DNA from: a virus
Lineage: Duplodnaviria > Caudoviricetes
Reading direction: 5' to 3' (one strand)
Virus record (IMG/VR): IMGVR_UViG_3300028580_000062
Coordinates: 9,428-73,427 of that record
Length of the DNA stretch: 64,000 bases
Positions 20,853 to 27,291 of this stretch are shown here, one piece after another. Every line of letters starts with the position of its first letter. Positions within the stretch are counted from its first letter, which is position 1. Under the pieces are notes generated by a model. The model made no database searches. It saw nothing but the letters and a program-made list of their open reading frames with translations, and was not told where the DNA came from. The position numbers were made by a program, and so were the translations under genes.

Positions 20853-21607
20853 AAAATAATGATGATGTAAAATTAGACTCAGGGAAGATAATATCAAGGG
20901 AGTTTTATAATAGATTGCTGTCTGTTAAAGGTAAGCGTGCTAAATTTGTTGTAGATACGATTATGAAAAAGGGCTCATGTTCTACAGAAGATTTGCAGGA
21001 AGCTGGCTATCAACATGCCCCAAGGGCAGCTCGTGATGTAAGGGAAGAGGGAATTCCACTAATCACCGAGCACGGGCAAGATAAAAGCGGTAAGAAAATG
21101 GGCGTTTACGTCTTGGGAGATTGGAATGAAGCGTATTCCAGCGATTCATTAACCAGGACTAAAGGTAGAAGTGTTTTGTCAAATAAATTAAAAGAAGCAT
21201 TGATTCAGGGCAACGGAAATTATTGCGCTTTATACGGAGAAAAGTATGAAGAACGATTACTTCAAGTTGACCATAGAATCCCATATGAAATAAACGGTGA
21301 TCCTGAAAATATGAATGATACACAGTATTTTATGTTACTTTGCCCGAGTGCAAATCGGTTGAAAAGTTGGTCATGTGAGCACTGTTCTAACTGGACAAAA
21401 AAAGATCCCTCCATGTGCAGAAAATGTTATTTTGCATATCCAGAAAATTATGATCACATCGCAGGCGTTAAGGAGAAAACGGTCAATCTTTCTTTCAGAG
21501 ACAATGATTATGACATTTATAAATCAATTGAAGAATTGTCGAAGAAAGAAAACATTTCAATTCAGGAAGCTACAAAAGAAATTCTGAGTAGCAGTCTGAA
21601 AAAGTGA
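20849..21607 (+). CDS. HNH endonuclease, probable restriction partner of the MTase
   Basis: CALYG...LQVDHRIPY...LLCPSANRLK, CEHC/CRKC; ATGA overlap with MTase stop. Confidence 0.75.
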   Translation: MKNNDDVKLDSGKIISREFYNRLLSVKGKRAKFVVDTIMKKGSCSTEDLQEAGYQHAPRAARDVREEGIPLITEHGQDKSGKKMGVYVLGDWNEAYSSDSLTRTKGRSVLSNKLKEALIQGNGNYCALYGEKYEERLLQVDHRIPYEINGDPENMNDTQYFMLLCPSANRLKSWSCEHCSNWTKKDPSMCRKCYFAYPENYDHIAGVKEKTVNLSFRDNDYDIYKSIEELSKKENISIQEATKEILSSSLKK

Positions 21608-21699
21608 AACTTTAAAACGAGTTATTTAGAATGATGAAAAGCTTAAAAAAAAGAAGGAATTTTGATCCTTCTTTTTTTTTATAAGTATTATTGTAGATT

Positions 21700-21888
21700 T
21701 TATTTCTTGTTAAGCATGTCTTTTTTTATTAAGTCAGTAATATAGCCTTTCTTACATGGCTGCTGCTCAATCCAAGCAATTAAATCACTATCTTTATCAA
21801 ATGATAAACGGAATGAAACCATTTTATAATTTGTTGTGAGATAATGAGATTTATATGCTTTACGATTTTTTGTAGCCTTTGTACTCAT
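21700..21888 (-). CDS. Small ribbon-helix-helix-like protein
   Basis: VSFRLSFDKDSDLIAWIEQQPCKKGYITDLIKKDM; paralog of the neighbouring gene. Confidence 0.7.
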   Translation of the reverse strand: MSTKATKNRKAYKSHYLTTNYKMVSFRLSFDKDSDLIAWIEQQPCKKGYITDLIKKDMLNKK

Positions 21889-21928
21889 GGTAAATCTGCT
21901 CCTTCATAATTTGAAATACTTAGCAAGG

Positions 21929-22153
21929 TTACTTCTTTGTATTCATTTTAGCTTTTTTTTGCTGCTTTTTCATGTCTTTTCTAATCAGCGATGTAATGTA
22001 TTCTTTGTGAGCAGGATGCTGATCGAGCCAATTAACAATTTCTGTTTCATTTATTATTGAGAATCTTAATGAAAACATACGATAATGAGTGTTCGCATAT
22101 TTAGTGTTATATGCCTGTCTTTGCTTTGTTGTTTTTGCCTTTGTTTTTGTCAT
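21929..22153 (-). CDS. Small ribbon-helix-helix-like protein
   Basis: FSLRFSIINETEIVNWLDQHPAHKEYITSLIRKDM; GGGGAG RBS before ATG 22153. Confidence 0.7.
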   Translation of the reverse strand: MTKTKAKTTKQRQAYNTKYANTHYRMFSLRFSIINETEIVNWLDQHPAHKEYITSLIRKDMKKQQKKAKMNTKK

Positions 22154-22434
22154 TGTAAGCTCTCCCCAATAAGTTTGTATATACAGTCTATTTACATTAT
22201 ATGACACTTTGATTATAAACCAAATGTTTGCATGCAAGTTTGTTTTTTTTAATAATCAATCACGAATTCATCTGCTGTCTTGTTCTATTTTTGAATTAAT
22301 ATCAGTTACATATTTGCAAATGGTAAGGAGCGAAATACAAAAGGTTAATCTAGCATGGGCACATGATCAAAGTTCAAAAAATTACACATAACTTGAATAA
22401 TATACTTTTAACTATAAAAATAAAAATTGAACCA

Positions 22435-22463
22435 TTGACATTCTATGGTTCGAAAGCTAGTAT
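22435..22463 (+). promoter_or_regulatory. sigma-A promoter of the XRE operon
   Basis: TTGACA-17 nt-TAGTAT upstream of GGAG/ATG 22491. Confidence 0.6.
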
Positions 22464-22490
22464 ATTGGTACAAACACAGGAGAGAAAACG

Positions 22491-23438
22491 ATGTCGAGAC
22501 AGTATGATGAGGCAATGGAAGGTCATTTTGACCTTAATGGAACTGAATATGTCTTAGTGGAACCAAGTAATATGAATGAACTTGTTCAAGCCTTTGAAGT
22601 TAAATCGGCACTGGAGACATATATTAGCGGTTTTATGCATGATGAAGATTCAAGTGGATATGTGAGTCTTCTGCAAGAGCAAGAAGATTACATCAGGGAA
22701 TACGCGGATTCTCTTGGTGAATTTGATAGCACGATTCTCTCGAACAATATTACGTTTCTTACAAAGAAAAACGGGTTGAAAGTTGGAGAACTGGAATCAA
22801 TGTTGGATATTAGTGCTGGATACATTTCGCGTACAATAAAGGAAAATTCCAAAAAGAAAATGAGTATCGATACAGTTTGGAAGATTGCTCAACTTTTCGG
22901 TATTGATATTGAAGCATTGATTGCAACAGAACTGTGGGTTCCACGCACTAATACAGCTTTATTAGAAAAGTTCATTGATTGCCTTTATCAAGAAACATCA
23001 ACCAATATTGTGACGTGGGAATGCGATGGTGGAATTATTCATACTTTGAATAAGCGGTATGAACAAATGGGTCTTTTAACAGAAGGAAGAGACGGCTCTG
23101 TGATCTATCATCCTAACCATTTAAACCAAAGCGATCAGTGGAATTTATCTAAAGATGTAATGTGTGTTGAACATTTTGAGGGCGGAAAGGATCTTGTAAT
23201 AATTCCACATCATATGAATACCAGTGAGAAATTGGGTGGATATGATTATATCTTTGTGTGGAATGAAGAAGGAAGCTGGCATTGGGAAAAAGTGTTTTAT
23301 ACCAGTGATGATCCATTTGGGTCTTTGCGTAAAAAGTCTGATGCACTCTATGACTTATTGGAAAGTTTGGAAGGTGATACAAAACTATCTCCAAAAATTC
23401 ATCAGTTGATTACTAACTACATAAAAGGCGGACGATGA
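22491..23438 (+). CDS. XRE-HTH-containing regulator
   Basis: Central HTH LKVGELESMLDISAGYISRTIK...VWKIAQLFGIDIEALI. Confidence 0.75.
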   Translation: MSRQYDEAMEGHFDLNGTEYVLVEPSNMNELVQAFEVKSALETYISGFMHDEDSSGYVSLLQEQEDYIREYADSLGEFDSTILSNNITFLTKKNGLKVGELESMLDISAGYISRTIKENSKKKMSIDTVWKIAQLFGIDIEALIATELWVPRTNTALLEKFIDCLYQETSTNIVTWECDGGIIHTLNKRYEQMGLLTEGRDGSVIYHPNHLNQSDQWNLSKDVMCVEHFEGGKDLVIIPHHMNTSEKLGGYDYIFVWNEEGSWHWEKVFYTSDDPFGSLRKKSDALYDLLESLEGDTKLSPKIHQLITNYIKGGR

Positions 23439-23638
23439 TTATGACGAAGATAAAACGCCCAATCCGTGATCTACATAGTGACAAGCAAACACAAACACGT
23501 TTCTGTGATGTGGTTATAGATGGAGACAATGTTTACTTGGAACAAAAGAAGGAAAAGAATACTTATGTAACAATCTCCTGGGATGATGTTGTTTACCAGG
23601 TAAAAGCAGCAAAAGATAAAGCTGCAATCAGTAAATAA
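23435..23638 (+). CDS. Conserved phage hypothetical protein
   Basis: ATGA-coupled to the XRE gene. Confidence 0.65.
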   Translation: MIMTKIKRPIRDLHSDKQTQTRFCDVVIDGDNVYLEQKKEKNTYVTISWDDVVYQVKAAKDKAAISK

Positions 23639-23680
23639 GAAACTACCGCAACCGGTCCCGTAACCATTCGAGGAACCAAC

Positions 23681-23733
23681 AGCCGGAGTTATCTGAAAAC
23701 CCACAAGGGTTAATCAGGTAACTCCGGCTTTTT
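23681..23733 (+). terminator. Long hairpin terminator/attenuator upstream of the sigma gene
   Basis: AGCCGGAGTTATCTGA / TCAGGTAACTCCGGCT with inner AACCC-ACAA-GGGTT, then T-tract. Confidence 0.75.
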
Positions 23734-24011
23734 GTATTGGAAAAAAGGAAAGGATGGAGGATTTGTGTACAACGATACTTCTTAGCATCAGGAGCATTTC
23801 TTACAAGTAGTGAATAATCGCAATTACATACAAGTATCAGCCTGAGTTGCGCATGAAGGCAGGTACTGCATACAGTAATAAACAACCCATAAGGGAAGTT
23901 TATATGTCTGGAGCAGACACCTTTCTTTCATGCGCCTTTTTTATGGCCGGGCTGCCCAGATAGGAATGCAGTGATCCTGCCTTCATCGCCTCAGCAAATG
24001 AGGAGAAAAAG

Positions 24012-24488
24012 ATGAAGGAAGAAGTAAAAGAGAGATTCATTGAGATCAATGGGCAGATGGTCCAGGTTTCAGAAGAAGTATATAGGGCATTTAAGCGTCC
24101 TGCATGGGCAGAAAGACAAAGGAACAGACGTAAGTGGAGATGCAAAGCTGAAGGTAAACGCTGCATGAAAAACTGTGACGAATGCACAAGGAAAGCAGAT
24201 GGAGCGCCGCTTTCACTGGATGAATGGTATGAAGACCCAAAGGAATTCAAACAACAGGAGATTAGTTCAGAAGAGATATTTATGAGAGATCTTGCAGTTG
24301 AAGCTTTGCATCAGGCAATTTCCATGCTGGCTGATAACGATCAGGCAATTCTCATTCTCTACAGTGAAGGATTCTCTGACCACAAGATTTCTGACCGAAT
24401 TGGTATGCCGCAGACAACGGTCAGTTACAGAAGAAAGATCCTTATTAAAGCTCTACGTGAGCAGTTGAAGGATTATCACGAAGGATAA
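24012..24488 (+). CDS. Phage sigma-70 region-4 (ECF-like) factor
   Basis: VSEEVYRAF..W.ERQR...RC...C..C; HTH DHKISDRIGMPQTTVSYRR. Confidence 0.8.
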   Translation: MKEEVKERFIEINGQMVQVSEEVYRAFKRPAWAERQRNRRKWRCKAEGKRCMKNCDECTRKADGAPLSLDEWYEDPKEFKQQEISSEEIFMRDLAVEALHQAISMLADNDQAILILYSEGFSDHKISDRIGMPQTTVSYRRKILIKALREQLKDYHEG

Positions 24489-24509
24489 AGAAAAATATTT
24501 ATTCAAATT

Positions 24510-24541
24510 TTGCTCAATTTATTTCGAACTGTCCTGTGTGT
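24510..24541 (+). promoter_or_regulatory. Repeated promoter-like motif copy 1 (TTGCTCA-N13-TGTCCTGTGTGT)
   Basis: Same motif and spacing at 30190 and 60011. Confidence 0.7.
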
Positions 24542-24584
24542 ATTGGAAGGAAACAAGACAACTTCCGGAAAGATGAGGAAATCT

Positions 24585-24731
24585 ATGAAAAGCATTGAAT
24601 CAGATTCAAGGCACAAGATTACATCTGATGACGTAATCGACATCCTCCAGTTAGTAACCATGGTATCAAAGACCGTTGGTGATTGGCTGCAGATGAAAAA
24701 GGAAAGGGGAAGTTACGATGGCAAAGAATAA
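24585..24731 (+). CDS. Small hypothetical protein
   Basis: GAGGA RBS; overlaps the next gene. Confidence 0.45.
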   Translation: MKSIESDSRHKITSDDVIDILQLVTMVSKTVGDWLQMKKERGSYDGKE

Positions 24732-25011
24732 TGATATCTCGCTTGCCCTGGATGAGCTGAAGAAGTGTGGTGAAACATTAATTGCACTGTCTGAAGCCAT
24801 GAGGGGAACAGAACCACAGCCAGTAGAAGTGAAGCCAGTCAACTTCGAAGAATTGAGAGCACTCCTAGCCAAGAAGACACGCGTTAGTAAGCAGAACACA
24901 GATGCAATCCGCGAACTTCTCTTGAAGCATGGAGTAAACAAACTCTCAGAACTGAAAAAGGAAGACTACCCAACACTGATGGATGAGGCAAAGGAGCTTC
25001 CGGATGCCTGA
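24718..25011 (+). CDS. Conserved phage protein of the replication module
   Basis: EELRALLAKK...IRELLLKHGVNKLSEL; position before DUF2800. Confidence 0.7.
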   Translation: MAKNNDISLALDELKKCGETLIALSEAMRGTEPQPVEVKPVNFEELRALLAKKTRVSKQNTDAIRELLLKHGVNKLSELKKEDYPTLMDEAKELPDA

Positions 25012-26125
25012 GCAGCACGCATTTCTGTCCGCATCATCCAGTGCGAGGTGGATTGCCTGCCCGCCATCCGCCAAATTGAACGCTGGCACTGGTGGCAAAA
25101 CCAGTGACTACGCAATCCAGGGCACAGCAGCACACGCACTGTGCGAGTTCAAATTGAAGTCAGCACTTGGGATTCCAGTACGTGATCCAACAGGAGACCT
25201 CGATTGCTATGACCAGGAAATGGAAGAGTGCGCTGAAGGTTATGCGTCATTCGTCATGGAACAGGTCATGAAGGCAAAAGAGACATGCAAAGATCCAACT
25301 GTTCTGGTTGAGGAAATGCTGGATCTGTCTCGCTGGATTCCTGAATCATTCGGAACCGCGGATGCACTGATTATTGCTGACGGAACACTCACGATTGTCG
25401 ATATGAAATACGGCACGGGTATTAAGGTCGAAGGCTCATCATCACAGCTTCGGTGTTATGCACTGGGAAGTGTGGATAAGTTTGATGGCATCTATGACAT
25501 CAAGAATGTCCGTATGGTTATCTACCAGCCGCGTTTAGAGAACATCAGTGAATGTGACATGACAAAGGATGAACTGCTTGAATGGGCAGATAACATCCTG
25601 GTACCGGCAGCGAAACTTGCCTTTGTTGGTGAAGGCGAATTTGCCGCAGGTGCACATTGCCAGTTCTGCAGTGTCAAAGCCACCTGCAGGAAGCGGACAG
25701 AAGAGAACTTAGCACTGGCAAAGTATGACTTTGAAATGCCACCAACATTGAAGGATGAGGAAATTGAAGCCATCCTTCCACAATTAGATCAGCTCGTATC
25801 CTGGGCTTCCGACATTAAGGACTATGCATTGAAAGAGGCACTGTCTGGAAAGAAATGGTCTGGATACAAACTGGTTGCAGGAAGATCCAATCGTAAGTTC
25901 ACCAATGAGGATGCAGTAGCACAGGCAGTTACTGCCGCTGGCTACGACCCATACGAGAAGAGTCTTCTTGGTATCACCGCAATGACTTCTTTACTCGGTA
26001 AGAAGAAGTTTGAAGAATTACTAAGCAGTTTAGTGGATCGGCCACAGGGAAAACCGACACTGGTTCCACAAAGCGATAAGCGGCCGGAGTTGAACACGGC
26101 AGCAGATGATTTCAAAGACAAATAA
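25004..26125 (+). CDS. DUF2800 PD-(D/E)xK (Cas4-like) phage nuclease
   Basis: HAFLSASSSARWIACPPS, FGTADA, VDMKYG, HCQFC. Confidence 0.9.
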   Translation: MPEQHAFLSASSSARWIACPPSAKLNAGTGGKTSDYAIQGTAAHALCEFKLKSALGIPVRDPTGDLDCYDQEMEECAEGYASFVMEQVMKAKETCKDPTVLVEEMLDLSRWIPESFGTADALIIADGTLTIVDMKYGTGIKVEGSSSQLRCYALGSVDKFDGIYDIKNVRMVIYQPRLENISECDMTKDELLEWADNILVPAAKLAFVGEGEFAAGAHCQFCSVKATCRKRTEENLALAKYDFEMPPTLKDEEIEAILPQLDQLVSWASDIKDYALKEALSGKKWSGYKLVAGRSNRKFTNEDAVAQAVTAAGYDPYEKSLLGITAMTSLLGKKKFEELLSSLVDRPQGKPTLVPQSDKRPELNTAADDFKDK

Positions 26126-26142
26126 TGGAGGAAGAAAATATT

Positions 26143-26709
26143 ATGTCTAAATTAGCAAATCCTACAAAGGTTATCACAGGAAAAGATACAAGATGGTCCT
26201 ACTGTAATGCATGGGAACCAAAGAGCATCAATGGCGGCACACCGAAGTACTCAGTCAGTCTGATTATCCCAAAGAAGGATACAGTCACCGTCAGCAAGAT
26301 CCAGGCAGCAATCCAGGCGGCGTATGAAGAAGGTTCCGGAAAGTTGAAAGGTAACGGCAAGTCCGTGCCTGCACTCTCTACAATCAAGACACCGCTCAGA
26401 GATGGCGATGTTGAAAGACCGGATGATGAGGCATACAAGGATTCATACTTCATCAATGCAAACTCGGCAACGGCACCTGGCATCGTTGATGCTGACCGTC
26501 AGGAGATCATTGATCATTTCGAAGTCTACTCGGGCGTCTATGGTAGAGCCAGCATTTCATTCTATGCCTTTAACAGTTCTGGCAATCGTGGTATTGCTTG
26601 CGGTTTGAACAACCTGCAGAAGATTCGTGATGGGGAGCCATTAGGCAGCAGAGCCCGTGCTGAAGACGACTTCAGTGAAGATGACGGGGACGATGACTTC
26701 CTGTCCTAA
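26143..26709 (+). CDS. DUF2815 single-stranded DNA-binding protein
   Basis: PKYSVSLII, YSGVYGRASI, GIACGLNNLQK, acidic tail DDDFLS. Confidence 0.9.
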   Translation: MSKLANPTKVITGKDTRWSYCNAWEPKSINGGTPKYSVSLIIPKKDTVTVSKIQAAIQAAYEEGSGKLKGNGKSVPALSTIKTPLRDGDVERPDDEAYKDSYFINANSATAPGIVDADRQEIIDHFEVYSGVYGRASISFYAFNSSGNRGIACGLNNLQKIRDGEPLGSRARAEDDFSEDDGDDDFLS

Positions 26710-26769
26710 TGAGTATGAAGCCAGGCGGGAGTAGTCCTGTCTGGCTTTTTCAGATTGGAGGAGTATGGT

Positions 26770-27291
26770 ATGGAAATTTGGAAAGATATACCTGGATATG
26801 AAGGAAGATATCAGGCAAGCACAGAGGGAAGAATCCGCAGTGTCTCTAGAATAATACAGGAGAAAAATATCAGTACAGGAAAGATTTATTATCACAACAT
26901 CAGTGGCCGAATATTAAAACCTGGTCGGTATTGTAAATCAGGACATTTATCAGTTGTACTTGGACATGGAGCGGATGGCAGCCCTGTACACCAACTTGTA
27001 ATGCGTACTTTTATTGGTGAACCACCGGTCGGTATGGAAGTATTACATAAGAATGGCAATCCAACTGATAATCAACTGTGCAATTTACATTATGGAACAC
27101 GAACTGAAAACATTCTTGATGTCTATCGACAAGGAGGAAAGTGGAGAAAACTTTCTGTTGATGATGTTGAAGCGATTAGATTTGGACTTTGGTGTGGAAT
27201 AAAAGGAGCAGAACTTTCTCGTATGTTTGATGTTGCTCCTATCTCTATTAGCCGCATTAAAAATGAAAGGACATTTGCATGGCTAGAATGA
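26770..27291 (+). CDS. Free-standing NUMOD4-HNH homing endonuclease
   Basis: WKDIPGYEGRYQASTEGRIRS (NUMOD4); VHQLV...VLHKNGNPTDNQLCNLHYGTRTEN (HNH). Confidence 0.9.
   Translation: MEIWKDIPGYEGRYQASTEGRIRSVSRIIQEKNISTGKIYYHNISGRILKPGRYCKSGHLSVVLGHGADGSPVHQLVMRTFIGEPPVGMEVLHKNGNPTDNQLCNLHYGTRTENILDVYRQGGKWRKLSVDDVEAIRFGLWCGIKGAELSRMFDVAPISISRIKNERTFAWLE

Noticed and set aside
25004-26125. DUF2800 as CRISPR Cas4
   Set aside because: Standard phage recombination nuclease next to SSB and PolA; no cas1/cas2 or array
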